Of a stretch of DNA of 25,828 bases, positions 1 through 9,813 are shown piece by piece. Each line of letters starts with the position of its first letter. The first letter of the stretch is position 1. A model generated the notes under the pieces. It was not told the DNA's origin. It made no database searches and worked only from the letters and a program-made list of their open reading frames with translations. The stretch is from an uncultured virus (IMG/VR IMGVR_UViG_3300046367_000054) (lineage: Duplodnaviria > Heunggongvirae > Uroviricota > Caudoviricetes > Crassvirales), in the IMG/VR virus record IMGVR_UViG_3300046367_000054, one strand, 5' to 3'. The translations under genes and the position numbers were made by a program.

Positions 1-3000
1 TATAACCCTGTATTACCTTGTGCTCTGAACCAGTTATTTGCATACATAGCTGAGACCTGAGAATTACCTGCTGGATCTATGTAATAGCCTGTATTGTTAT
101 TATCATAAAAAATAGGAGCTCTCATGTCGTCTCTTGCTCTTGTACTCCCTGTTAAAGAAGCTAGCCAAGTCCCGTTCTCCATAGCTAACAAACCATGAGT
201 ATTTAGATTTCCAGCAACTCCACCTGCATTAGGGTGTGACCAAGCCAATCCGTAAAGAGATCCAGTTGAAGTTCCATCAGTTGGTAACTTGTAAGAATCA
301 CCCATGGCAAAAACTCCTTGGTATCTTGTTGAGCTATAAACTCCTACAACAGTATTACCGTAATTATTATCTATATATACATTATTATATGTTTTTAATG
401 AATCGGCATTAATAGTCCCCATTCTAGATGCTCCATTTGGGTCTACGTAATAACTTGTATTATTACCATCATAATATATACCAGCGTATAAAGCGTTTCC
501 TCCATAATCTCTGTAACCTGTATAGTTACTGCTATCTAAAGCTGTTCTCCAGCCTTGCCAACCTCCATTATATCTTCTAAAATATAATTGGTCATCCCAC
601 ATGTTTTGTACGATCTGGAATCCATACGCTTGATCACCTGGATTTGATCCTATTGATATACCATTAGAGTATCCTGCACTTGCATTATTAGCTTGTCCTA
701 TGTTCCAAGAATAGAATGGTCTAATACCAAATCCTGGGTGAGAGTCATTAGGACTTTGAGCGTAAGGCGTTGCTAGTCTATCAGCATAAACAGTGTTTAC
801 CCTTGAATCACCGGTAGGGTCTACGTAGTATCCTGTATTGTTATTGTCGTAGTATATTGGTGATCTAGTTGATACTAAGTTAAATATGTTACCTGAAGTA
901 TCCATTCTTAACCCTGTAGTACCATTATAGTTATCAATACCGTTATGTGGATTCCAATTTGCGTTGGATGATGTACCGATTTCTAATCTAGAACCATTTC
1001 CACTACTACCAATTACAAACTGATTACCTACCCCATTTGATGTAAACTGTACGGTTCCACCATGAGAACCATTTGATGTTACCGTATGGTTTAGCGTTAA
1101 AACAGGATAAGCACCTGTAGCTTGTATAATTGGACGTAAGTTTGTATCTTGTAATGAGTACTGTACCGAAGTATTTCCTACAACTAATTCATTACCATAA
1201 TTACCTGTTCCGCCACCTGATATTGTTAAATATCTACTTTGTCTAGTACCTCCTGTACCATCAAAATAATATGTTGTATCATTTGAGTCATAAAATATAG
1301 GTGCTCTCATAGACGTTCTAACTTGTAAGTACCCGCCTGAATTATCTAAAAATGCCTCTTCTTGATTTGTAGTATAATTATACCATCTATATCTACCTTG
1401 ATAATGATAAGTCTCCCATTTGTTTACACCAGCTTCTTGAGCAAACCATCCTGATGCACCTCCACTATATGTATTTATTTTTAATTGATTATCATGACCA
1501 TAAAGACTAAGTAATGCTAAATTACTAGAAGAAGCTGGATCTACGTAATATCCTGTATTGTTTGAATCGTAAAACAAAGGAGCTCTAAAAGATCCTAAAG
1601 CTTCCGCATTCGAGTTGAATATTCTTACTTGTTCATTTGCATTTGCTGATATACTAAAGTAATCACTTCCATTATTATATCTTATTCTTCCTCCGTAGTC
1701 TGTGCCATTAGCTTTACTAAAATCAATCCAGCTTCCGTTTGTGTCTGCTGTAGATAAATCTATAAATGCGTATGTGTCAACATACATTCCGATATTCACA
1801 GATGGTGTAGAAGGGGCATTATTAGCTGATCCAGCAGAAGTTATACTAACGCCAGATGTTACTGTTCCGCTTACTGTAAAACTTCTGTTAGCTGATAAGT
1901 CTTGCGTTGTACCGTTAATAGTTATTGTTCTTGATGAAGGTACGGCGTATGAACCAACATTAGCAGAAGTAATAATTGTTTGCCAAGATCCTTTACCTCC
2001 GCCAGTAGCTGGTCTTAAATAAAAAGAACTTGTTGTGCTATCGTTACATGCTAAATCAAATCCAGCAGCATTACCAACTCCATTATAAGCTGTATGTAAG
2101 ACAAAGTTAACACTAGTAGCATTCGGTATTCCGCCTGTTCCTACTGTGTAAAAACCGCTTTTTAAAGCCCCGTTTAGAGTAGCATCGCTTATACTAATTG
2201 TACCAGTTGAATTATCGCCAAATATTACTCTAGTAGAATCTATTCCATCTAATAATTCTGAGTCTGCTGCTTTTGAATTTATTCCTAAATATAAACCTGA
2301 ATGGTTACCCCACCCATAAGCTGTATCCCAGTTTGTTTTATTATATCCTGAAGCACTTAAAGTACCAGATATATCAAAGTTCCCTTTTATTGATCCTCCG
2401 CCATTTTGTCCTTGATTAATTTGGAATGTAGTTGAACTCGCAACGTTAGTCGTAGCTTGATAAACATCTTCGTCTATTACTCTAAAAACATATCCATTAT
2501 CCCCAGCTCCGTATACAGTTACGCCTTCGTTGTCCACCATTAATCCCCCAGTATCTCCGTCATTGACATCAATCCAGAAAGCATTAGCTGAGCCGCTGAA
2601 TGGCAATCCTAATGTTGGTGTTGTGCTACCCCCCCATCTTAATTTTGTACTACCTATATTTAAGCCCCCGTCAAAAGTAGAAAGCGCACTTGTGCTAGCC
2701 CCTCTTCCTGTTACCGAAGCTAATGTATCGGTTTCTGTATAAGTGGAAATATACCCATTAGGGTTTGAAGCTGGATAATAAGATGTATTATCATAAGTAA
2801 TTGTAGTACCTGATGCTTTTACAAATCCAGTTCCATTAAGTTGAGCTTGCGGTGTATATCCTAACCAACCAGCTATAGTTTTATTTACCCATAACGTTCC
2901 ATTAAATCCTAATAGATGTCCATTAATAGGTGTAGTAGTTTTTAGGTCTACATCGTGTATTTCATTAAGTTCAAATCCATTTTGTATCTTAACAAATATC

Positions 3001-3524
3001 TCTCCGTTATTAGCATTAACTCTGGTAACAATACCAATGAATACTAAGTGAGATGGAGCGTATGGTTTATTAGCTAATCCGTAAATAAGATTTCCGTCAG
3101 TGCCCAACCAAATAGGATCACCAACTGTAGCAGCACTAGTATTTAAGCCAGATAGCAATCCTTCTGTAATTACATCAGCAAAAAGATTAACAGAAACAGT
3201 AGCATTAAGCAATCCCATTGTTTTAGATGATGTTGCTTCAGTAGCATTAGATGCTAACCCAACAATCATATTGGTTCCATCTGCACCTGTTACATAAACT
3301 GCTTGACCTTTATTTATCGCAACACCCGCTTTTACCTGATGCTGCACTTTAGAAGTTACTCCAGCAGCTATTCCTAAATCAGTAGCTAACTCAGCTCCTG
3401 TTCTATATTTTATAGTCCCGCCATCAGATACCAAAAACTTATCAGTATCTGTTGTGGCGTTAGCTATTTGTGAAGCACTTAATGAGCCGTCTATCTCAAC
3501 GGAAGTTTTTATTTTTTGACTCAT
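1..3524 (-). CDS. Long tail fibre / receptor-binding-like protein, 3' end runs off the window (>1174 aa)
   Basis: ATG at 3524 (MSQKIKTSVEIDGSLSASQIANATTDTDKFLVSDGG...); the same frame reads WFRAQGNTGL at the window start. Gly/Ser/Thr/Asn-rich, with five RAPIFYDxNNTGYYxDP-type repeats. Probably absent from the ORF track because it has no stop in the window. Confidence 0.8.
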   Translation of the reverse strand, partial: MSQKIKTSVEIDGSLSASQIANATTDTDKFLVSDGGTIKYRTGAELATDLGIAAGVTSKVQHQVKAGVAINKGQAVYVTGADGTNMIVGLASNATEATSSKTMGLLNATVSVNLFADVITEGLLSGLNTSAATVGDPIWLGTDGNLIYGLANKPYAPSHLVFIGIVTRVNANNGEIFVKIQNGFELNEIHDVDLKTTTPINGHLLGFNGTLWVNKTIAGWLGYTPQAQLNGTGFVKASGTTITYDNTSYYPASNPNGYISTYTETDTLASVTGRGASTSALSTFDGGLNIGSTKLRWGGSTTPTLGLPFSGSANAFWIDVNDGDTGGLMVDNEGVTVYGAGDNGYVFRVIDEDVYQATTNVASSTTFQINQGQNGGGSIKGNFDISGTLSASGYNKTNWDTAYGWGNHSGLYLGINSKAADSELLDGIDSTRVIFGDNSTGTISISDATLNGALKSGFYTVGTGGIPNATSVNFVLHTAYNGVGNAAGFDLACNDSTTSSFYLRPATGGGKGSWQTIITSANVGSYAVPSSRTITINGTTQDLSANRSFTVSGTVTSGVSITSAGSANNAPSTPSVNIGMYVDTYAFIDLSTADTNGSWIDFSKANGTDYGGRIRYNNGSDYFSISANANEQVRIFNSNAEALGSFRAPLFYDSNNTGYYVDPASSSNLALLSLYGHDNQLKINTYSGGASGWFAQEAGVNKWETYHYQGRYRWYNYTTNQEEAFLDNSGGYLQVRTSMRAPIFYDSNDTTYYFDGTGGTRQSRYLTISGGGTGNYGNELVVGNTSVQYSLQDTNLRPIIQATGAYPVLTLNHTVTSNGSHGGTVQFTSNGVGNQFVIGSSGNGSRLEIGTSSNANWNPHNGIDNYNGTTGLRMDTSGNIFNLVSTRSPIYYDNNNTGYYVDPTGDSRVNTVYADRLATPYAQSPNDSHPGFGIRPFYSWNIGQANNASAGYSNGISIGSNPGDQAYGFQIVQNMWDDQLYFRRYNGGWQGWRTALDSSNYTGYRDYGGNALYAGIYYDGNNTSYYVDPNGASRMGTINADSLKTYNNVYIDNNYGNTVVGVYSSTRYQGVFAMGDSYKLPTDGTSTGSLYGLAWSHPNAGGVAGNLNTHGLLAMENGTWLASLTGSTRARDDMRAPIFYDNNNTGYYIDPAGNSQVSAMYANNWFRAQGNTGL
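72..1586 (-). repeat. Five 17-aa intragenic repeats R(A/S)PIFYD(S/N)NNTGYY(V/I)DP in the fibre gene
   Basis: Copies at 1536-1586, 1257-1307, 816-866, 438-488 and 72-122, separated by unrelated modules (periods of about 93-147 aa). Confidence 0.85.
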
Positions 3525-3541
3525 ATTGAGATTTTATTTGA

Positions 3542-4558
3542 TTATCCTATTTTCTTAACAAGTACTCTAATAGAGTTCGCTGATGGAGCTGTATTGAAAG
3601 ATACTGTTATCGTATTCACTGTAGTTCTTACTACATCTGAAATTATTGTCTCGTAGGTTGTATTGTCATATAATTGAACATCCACATCTCTTGAATTTAA
3701 GTTGTGCGTTACAACAATTGAAGTTGCTCCGCCGATTGATGTAGCGTATGAATCAGCGCCAGTTACATAATTAATAGGGTAATAACTACCGTCGTTAGCT
3801 TGTAATTCCCATCTATCATTAGTTTCATTCCAAATTAATGATCTGTTTGGGTCTGTTCCACGTTCAACTTCAATACCTGCACTTTCCGTAGGCGTTCCTG
3901 TGGCATTACTATTTAATAGTATGATATTATCAGCAAGGTTAATTGTTTCTGTATTAACTGTAGTAACGGTTCCGTTAACAGTTAAGTCACCGCTTACAAT
4001 CAACGCTCCTCCAATAGTTACATCATTTGGCAAACCAATTGTGATAGTATCACCACTTTCAGTAACTTCTATTTCATTAGCAGTGCCAGAAATTGTAACG
4101 CTATCAGAAGATGAATCAGATCCAGTTAAAACAATAGTTGAAGTATTAGCTCCACCAGCCCCTACAGATATCCCATAAGTTGTGTTAGTATCAACAACAG
4201 TTTCAGTGGCTGTAGACAAGCCTGTAACGTGACCATACGCGTCAAATACTAATCCAGTAACATAAGTTCTAGCTGAAGCGGTTAAATCAGCCACGGTAGA
4301 CGTATCAGCGTGATTAATAGTAACGTCTCCAGTTGCGCTTGATACTGTTATTGCATTACCAGCAACAATAGAAGAAACTGCACCTACACTAACCCATGTA
4401 GATCCATTATATACTTTTACTTTATCATCTGTTGAGTTATAATAAAGTTGTCCTTCTCTTGGCGTTAATGCCGTCGGTGCACTTGTTAGCGGATGTAATA
4501 CAGGATACTGTAATTCGTTTGTGCCTAAGTCAATGTTAGTTAAATACCTTACTGCCAT
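3542..4558 (-). CDS. Putative virion structural/tail protein (338 aa)
   Basis: Thr/Ser/Gly-rich beta-type composition, GQLYYNSTD..KVYNGSTW motif, C-terminal THNL domain; directly upstream of the fibre gene. Confidence 0.7.
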   Translation of the reverse strand: MAVRYLTNIDLGTNELQYPVLHPLTSAPTALTPREGQLYYNSTDDKVKVYNGSTWVSVGAVSSIVAGNAITVSSATGDVTINHADTSTVADLTASARTYVTGLVFDAYGHVTGLSTATETVVDTNTTYGISVGAGGANTSTIVLTGSDSSSDSVTISGTANEIEVTESGDTITIGLPNDVTIGGALIVSGDLTVNGTVTTVNTETINLADNIILLNSNATGTPTESAGIEVERGTDPNRSLIWNETNDRWELQANDGSYYPINYVTGADSYATSIGGATSIVVTHNLNSRDVDVQLYDNTTYETIISDVVRTTVNTITVSFNTAPSANSIRVLVKKIG

Positions 4559-4564
4559 TTTTTA

Positions 4565-5263
4565 TTAGTTTAAATAAGCTTTGCCTGAAAACGCTCCGCT
4601 AAAAGTTATTGTTAAATTGTTTGTATCAATATATGTAGCATCTCCGACTACAACTTTGTTGTCTGAATCTACCACTGATATTGATGGGAATTTGTTCAAG
4701 TTGTGTGTTATATTCCATGTAGTGGAGGATAAGCCTTGAACATGTATGTAATTCTTGTCGCCGTCTACTTTATATGAGTGAAACGCAACAATATATATAT
4801 TCTTATCTATAAAATTTCCGTTACCTTCAATGAACTCTAATTCTAAATCGTAGAATGTAGGCTCACTAATATTCTGAGTTATAGATCTTAAGTAAAACTT
4901 GCCGAATAAATTTACATCGGTTGCATCACTTATAATTATTTCGGTTTGTTCAAGCGTGTCTAAGAAATCAACTATTAGTTTTTTCCCTCCGCTCTTTTCA
5001 CTTACTCTAGCCGTAACTATATCTGAAAATGAAGGTTGGAAACTGTTAAGCGTTATGGAACCTTCTGGTCTAGGAAAGTTGAAAGTCCCATAATACTTAA
5101 AAGCAATTTGATTTGCAATACCTAATGAATTAGATTCGTTAAAGTAATTGCCTAGGTTTTTTGGAGTAAAGTTTTTGGTTACACTCCCGCTTGAATCAGT
5201 ACCTATCCACTTATCAGTCTCAGTTATATTCTGGTCAATAATGTACGTACTTATTCTAGCCAT
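4565..5263 (-). CDS. Putative virion structural protein (232 aa)
   Basis: Tightly packed in the minus-strand operon; C-terminal WNITHNLNKFPSISVVD domain resembles the C-terminus of the 338-aa neighbour. Confidence 0.65.
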   Translation of the reverse strand: MARISTYIIDQNITETDKWIGTDSSGSVTKNFTPKNLGNYFNESNSLGIANQIAFKYYGTFNFPRPEGSITLNSFQPSFSDIVTARVSEKSGGKKLIVDFLDTLEQTEIIISDATDVNLFGKFYLRSITQNISEPTFYDLELEFIEGNGNFIDKNIYIVAFHSYKVDGDKNYIHVQGLSSTTWNITHNLNKFPSISVVDSDNKVVVGDATYIDTNNLTITFSGAFSGKAYLN

Positions 5264-5268
5264 TTATT

Positions 5269-5460
5269 CTAATATTTTTTCATTTTAGCAGGACCACATT
5301 TTTTAGCTGGTGATGCTGCTTTTTTAGTTACTGGAGCTTTAGCCATTTTTCCTTCTTTAGCCTCTACTTTTTTACCTTCTTTTTTTTCGTGCATTGCTTT
5401 TGCTTTTGCATTAGCGTACTTCTCTTTTCCTCCGTATTCAGAGATCATTTTCTTTGCCAT
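5269..5460 (-). CDS. Small Lys-rich hypothetical protein (63 aa)
   Basis: Operon packing; contains ASPAKK. Confidence 0.7.
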   Translation of the reverse strand: MAKKMISEYGGKEKYANAKAKAMHEKKEGKKVEAKEGKMAKAPVTKKAASPAKKCGPAKMKKY

Positions 5461-5462
5461 AA

Positions 5463-6350
5463 TTATTTTTTGTTTTTGTTACCGAATCCGCCCATTTTGA
5501 AAGAGCCTGGTTTTAGCATTTTTAATACTGAAGACTTCAGATTTAATTTCTCTTCTACTTTATCAGCAGGAGCAACAAATCCATTATTTGATGTGAATGA
5601 TTGTACTGGCTTAGCTGGCGTTGATTTTGAAACAGCTGAAGCGCCTTCAACTAATCCTTCTTTATCAAATTCTTGCTCGCCAAGTGTTTGTCTTTTAGTA
5701 GAAGCATTTGACAAATTACCAAAGCTACCTTGTTGCGCTTGCTGTTTAGCGTACATTTGTCTTTCCTGAACGTTTTCGCCAGCAGACTTGAATCCTTCAG
5801 CTTTTGCTTCAAATACAGCTTTTTTACCTGCGTCAGCCGTTTTTGCTGCTTTTTCTGAAAACTTAACTTCTTTTCTTTTTAATTTACCAGCTTGTCTTGC
5901 TAATACAATATCTCTTCTGCCTTCTTGTCTAGCGTCCATAGCTGTCATGCCCCTAACAGTAGTTTTGTCTGTCTCAAAAGAGTTAGCATTGTTATCGGCA
6001 ACTTCCGGAGCATTTGCGCTAACACTCTCTATTTTTTGTTCAGGCGTAGAAGCGGCTGCGTCTTTAGCTTTAGCATCTCTTAATCTTTTATTAGCTCTTG
6101 CTGTTTCTGCAGCGGATGGCTTATAATTTGGGCCAAGATTCTTAGCTCCCTTTTTAAGAGCATCAACATTTGATGTTGACTTTTTAGCAGGTACTACAGT
6201 TGTAGTAGTTGATTTTATTTTATCACCAGCAGAAGCACTTTTAATTGTAGATGTACCAGTCCATTTATTTTTTGATACTTCTTTTTTAACCTTTACTTCT
6301 TCTCCGTCTTTTGTTGCCTTAAGTGGAGACTTCTTCATTATTTTTTTCAT
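5463..6350 (-). CDS. Lys/Ala-rich low-complexity protein (295 aa), possible internal virion protein
   Basis: Long ORF in the operon; KSPLK near the N-terminus; basic, probably disordered. Confidence 0.7.
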   Translation of the reverse strand: MKKIMKKSPLKATKDGEEVKVKKEVSKNKWTGTSTIKSASAGDKIKSTTTTVVPAKKSTSNVDALKKGAKNLGPNYKPSAAETARANKRLRDAKAKDAAASTPEQKIESVSANAPEVADNNANSFETDKTTVRGMTAMDARQEGRRDIVLARQAGKLKRKEVKFSEKAAKTADAGKKAVFEAKAEGFKSAGENVQERQMYAKQQAQQGSFGNLSNASTKRQTLGEQEFDKEGLVEGASAVSKSTPAKPVQSFTSNNGFVAPADKVEEKLNLKSSVLKMLKPGSFKMGGFGNKNKK

Positions 6351-6362
6351 ATTTAGGACACT

Positions 6363-6641
6363 TTATTTTTTTACTTCTACTTTTTTTGTTTTGCTTAATG
6401 TTTCATCTGGCTTAGCAGCGCTTGACACTATACTAGGTACCGGTAAAACATCGCCTACTGCAGGCTTTTCTTGTTTGGTTTTGCTGGCATTAATTCTCTT
6501 TTGAGTTTCATCCATACCATCTCCCATTGCTCCCGCAACATCTACAAATCCTTTATGGACTTGAGCGTCATTTTGCACTAAGGCTGCATTCATTTTGAAT
6601 GGTGAGCTTTTTGCCTTCTGTGTAACTGGTGTACATTTCAT
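6363..6641 (-). CDS. Hypothetical protein (92 aa)
   Basis: Operon packing; SSPFKM motif. Confidence 0.7.
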   Translation of the reverse strand: MKCTPVTQKAKSSPFKMNAALVQNDAQVHKGFVDVAGAMGDGMDETQKRINASKTKQEKPAVGDVLPVPSIVSSAAKPDETLSKTKKVEVKK

Positions 6642-6646
6642 ATTTT

Positions 6647-7003
6647 TTACTTTTTAGATTTTTTATAGGCTTCAGCCTCCCATTCTAGATTTTTAGCGCC
6701 CTCCATCATTTGAGCACGTTTATATACTCTTGCTGGAGATTTGGTGTCTTTCTTCCATATAACAGTATCATCGGTATAATCAAGTCTGCCTTGCTTCATT
6801 TGTTGCAGGTGGACTTTTTCATGTTCTATAGCCGCATCTACTTCTTTTCTTGAAGCATGCTTATCTATAAAAATAGTTCCATCCCTATTAGCCTCAGCCA
6901 ATACGGATCCGTCTAAGTCTTTCATGAATACAGGTGTGCCGAATTCTGAAGCTGATCTGTCAATCCCGAATAAGGATTCTTTAACTTTTAATTTAAAAGC
7001 CAT
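6647..7003 (-). CDS. Putative zincin-type metallopeptidase-like protein (118 aa)
   Basis: HEKVH (HExxH) plus a downstream WEAEAY glutamate motif. Confidence 0.6.
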   Translation of the reverse strand: MAFKLKVKESLFGIDRSASEFGTPVFMKDLDGSVLAEANRDGTIFIDKHASRKEVDAAIEHEKVHLQQMKQGRLDYTDDTVIWKKDTKSPARVYKRAQMMEGAKNLEWEAEAYKKSKK

Positions 7004-7004
7004 A

Positions 7005-7445
7005 CTATCTATCTTTGTCTTTAATCATATCATCAATCGCTTTATTAAAAACTTTATCAGTATATGTTTTGTCTTTGTAAAAAACACTTCTTTGTGATGT
7101 TGGTAAATCCTCTTCACCTAGTAGTATCCTATATATGCGACTTATAAGCTGTTGGCATTTAAACGATGTCTTGTAAATACTGTACTTTATCGTTGTGTGA
7201 TTACGCTGTCGCCATACGTCAATCCAGCCTTCTCTTCTCAGTCTTTCCCACCTTGCTTTATCCCAAGTATAGGTGTAAGTTCCGTTACTAAAATCATTAC
7301 GTGTAAAATTACCTTTACAATCCAAATAGATAAGTAATTCTAAATCGGCATCGGTTAGATCATAAGTTTTACAGGCCCATCTTCTGACAAGCCTATAATA
7401 CTTAAATATCTTCATATCCTTTAGATCTCTAGAGCTTAATCTCAT
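7005..7445 (-). CDS. Hypothetical protein, possibly winged-helix (146 aa)
   Basis: LTDADLELLIYL...WERLRREGWI pattern resembles wHTH proteins; overlaps the groES stop. Confidence 0.6.
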   Translation of the reverse strand: MRLSSRDLKDMKIFKYYRLVRRWACKTYDLTDADLELLIYLDCKGNFTRNDFSNGTYTYTWDKARWERLRREGWIDVWRQRNHTTIKYSIYKTSFKCQQLISRIYRILLGEEDLPTSQRSVFYKDKTYTDKVFNKAIDDMIKDKDR

Positions 7446-7705
7446 TCCACTATAGCTACTAAATCATCTCCTTTTAAAACCTTATATATATTACCTGAAT
7501 CATCTGGTAATCCGTGCCCGCCGTGTCTATCGTACTTTACAATATTTCCAGGGACTACAACAGGCACACGTTCTCCTACGCTAATCACTTTCCCGGTTAA
7601 ATACCTTACATCAGAATCTTGCTTATCAGCAATCTCTAAACCACCAACCATTCTAGGAGCATCTTTGATTGGCTCTACTATTACATAAAAATTAAGCGCC
7701 TGCAT
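7442..7705 (-). CDS. groES: Co-chaperonin GroES-like protein
   Basis: 87 aa, VIVEPI...GGL mobile-loop region, GKVISVG, PGNIVKY; overlaps the groEL 3' end by 14 nt. Confidence 0.85.
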   Translation of the reverse strand: MQALNFYVIVEPIKDAPRMVGGLEIADKQDSDVRYLTGKVISVGERVPVVVPGNIVKYDRHGGHGLPDDSGNIYKVLKGDDLVAIVE

Positions 7706-9275
7706 AGTTTCTCATATTACTGATTACACAATCCGCTGATACTATGGTAGTTACAACACTTACAGCGTTTTTAAGCGCCGATTTTGTTACCAAAACCGGA
7801 TCTATAATCCCCGCAGCCACCATATCTATAATATTATTAGTAGTTACATCAACCCCATGCCCAACGGGCATTTTCAAAATTTCCGAATCAGAGGGCATAT
7901 CTATCCCTGCATTCAGTAAAATTTGTCCGAACGGCGCTTTGATAGCTTCTAACAGCAATTTCTCGCCGTCGGTATTTGCAGTACTAAGCAATTGACATGC
8001 ACAGTTTAATAATGCGATACCCCCTCCCGGCACGATACCTTCTTTTAAAGCAGCTTTAGTAGCGTGAATTGCATCTTCTACTCGGTCTTTCTTTTCTTTA
8101 AGCTCCACTTTAGAATCAGCGCCCACCTTAATAACACCAACTTTACCAGAAAGCATTGCCAGCCTTTGTTCAAGCTTCTTTTTAAGGTATGGGTTCGTTT
8201 CATCTTTTATCTTTTTACGTACGTTTTCAATTCGTTTTGTAACTTCTTCGTCAACAGCTTCGATTTGAAGCACCGTACTCTTGTTATCTGTTACTGCTTT
8301 TACAGCAGAACCCAACACGCTAGGGTCGATTAAATCCAAATCATCACCTAATTGCTCATTAATAACAGTAGCGCCGGTCAATATCGCTAGATCCTCAAGT
8401 GTTTCCGCTTTAGTAGCCCCAAAGCCAGGCTGATCTACGATGTTCACTTTGATGTTACCTTTAACTTTGTTAGCTAATAAGGTCGCGTACGGTTGTTGTT
8501 CAACGTCAGCCACGATTAATAGGCTTCGTTTGTTATTTTGGACGTGTTCTAGGACACTTTGTATCTTTCTAATACTTGGTATAGGCGAGCTAACAATTAA
8601 CACGTATGGCGCGTCTAAAACAGCTGTCATTTTATCCTTGTCTGTGATTAAGTATTGTGACTTTAATCCGGAATCAAATTGCACGCCATCAACGAAGTCG
8701 ACAGTAGTTTCATTTGTATCAGACTCTTCCATAAGTACAACCCCATCTCTACCAACAACTGTATAAGCATCACCTATTAAATCGCCCAGCTCTTTATCAT
8801 TATTACAGCTGATGGCGGCTACGTTATTAAGCATCGTTCCTTCAACATCAACCGCATTCTTTTCTAGCAACCCGACAACATTATCCATTGCTTTGTTAAT
8901 GCCGATGCGAATGTTACGTTCTGTATCGCTTCCTTTGTAATCATTTACCTGAGTCAACAATGAATGCGCAAGGACGGTCGCAGTAGTTGTACCGTCCCCC
9001 GCTTCTTTCACAGTGTTGTTAGCCGCCTCTTTAATAAGAGTGGCACCAATATTCTCGACAGGGTCCAATAAGACAACGGACTCAGCTACCGTTACACCGT
9101 CTTTTGTTATGACCGGTCGACCTAAAGCGTCTTCATATATCACGCATTTTCCGGAAGCACCTAAAGTGGTACTAACTGCGCTAGCTAATTTATTGACACC
9201 TTCCATAATTTTTCCTTTGGCAATTACGCCGAAATCGAGATTCTTTACAATCTCACTTGGTTGATTAAATTCCAT
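7692..9275 (-). CDS. groEL: Chaperonin GroEL-like protein
   Basis: ITKDGVTVA, AGDGTTTATVLA, KKDRVEDA, EGIVPGGG and GIIDP motifs; no C-terminal GGM tail. Confidence 0.97.
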   Translation of the reverse strand: MEFNQPSEIVKNLDFGVIAKGKIMEGVNKLASAVSTTLGASGKCVIYEDALGRPVITKDGVTVAESVVLLDPVENIGATLIKEAANNTVKEAGDGTTTATVLAHSLLTQVNDYKGSDTERNIRIGINKAMDNVVGLLEKNAVDVEGTMLNNVAAISCNNDKELGDLIGDAYTVVGRDGVVLMEESDTNETTVDFVDGVQFDSGLKSQYLITDKDKMTAVLDAPYVLIVSSPIPSIRKIQSVLEHVQNNKRSLLIVADVEQQPYATLLANKVKGNIKVNIVDQPGFGATKAETLEDLAILTGATVINEQLGDDLDLIDPSVLGSAVKAVTDNKSTVLQIEAVDEEVTKRIENVRKKIKDETNPYLKKKLEQRLAMLSGKVGVIKVGADSKVELKEKKDRVEDAIHATKAALKEGIVPGGGIALLNCACQLLSTANTDGEKLLLEAIKAPFGQILLNAGIDMPSDSEILKMPVGHGVDVTTNNIIDMVAAGIIDPVLVTKSALKNAVSVVTTIVSADCVISNMRNYAGA

Positions 9276-9298
9276 TTTATTAAATTAATTGATTTGTA

Positions 9299-9547
9299 TT
9301 ATTTTTTAGGCACCTTATAATTTGCCTTGCCTTCTTTCTTTGTTCCTGCACCGTCGTTACCTCTATTTTTGGCAGGCGATTCCCATCTACCATCTTTGTG
9401 ATCCCAATCCTTACCTTTAGCAGAAGGATCTTTACGATGCATTCTTTGTGCATGTGCTTTTTTAGCTCTTCTCTCCGGGGTTTTAGCAAAAGCTAAATCT
9501 CTAGCCGCTTTATCCCGTTTTGCCGTAGCAGATAATTTTTGTGGCAT
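9299..9547 (-). CDS. Small basic protein with HNH-like remnant (82 aa)
   Basis: DWDHKDG...SPAKNRG pattern; operon packing. Confidence 0.6.
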   Translation of the reverse strand: MPQKLSATAKRDKAARDLAFAKTPERRAKKAHAQRMHRKDPSAKGKDWDHKDGRWESPAKNRGNDGAGTKKEGKANYKVPKK

Positions 9548-9556
9548 AATTATTAT

Positions 9557-9811
9557 TTATGATACGTTACTCTTGCTTGATCTCCTAGCGCCCATACCAA
9601 CTTTCTTTTTTGCTGATACTACTTTGCTTTTCTCTCCTTGTGTCATTTCACCCCAAGGCTTTGGAGAATCACTATTAACTCTCTTAGACGGCCTACACGC
9701 TTTTACGTTCTTGTTCTTTGTAGATCCGCAAGGATTACCTTTTTCATCTGTCCACTTCTCATTGAACCATCTTTTAAGAGATGCTCCCTTCTCAGTCTTA
9801 CGTACAGCCAT
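9557..9811 (-). CDS. Small basic phage protein (84 aa)
   Basis: LKRWFNEKW...PCG...CRP pattern; operon packing. Confidence 0.7.
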   Translation of the reverse strand: MAVRKTEKGASLKRWFNEKWTDEKGNPCGSTKNKNVKACRPSKRVNSDSPKPWGEMTQGEKSKVVSAKKKVGMGARRSSKSNVS

Positions 9812-9813
9812 CT

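Noticed and set aside
1..3524. Diversity-generating retroelement or shufflon acting on the fibre gene
   Set aside because: The repeats are conserved mainly at protein level with synonymous differences; no reverse transcriptase, template repeat or invertase was seen.
9280..9489. 69-aa minus-strand ORF
   Set aside because: Alternative frame overlapping the better-supported 9299-9547 gene; non-ATG start.
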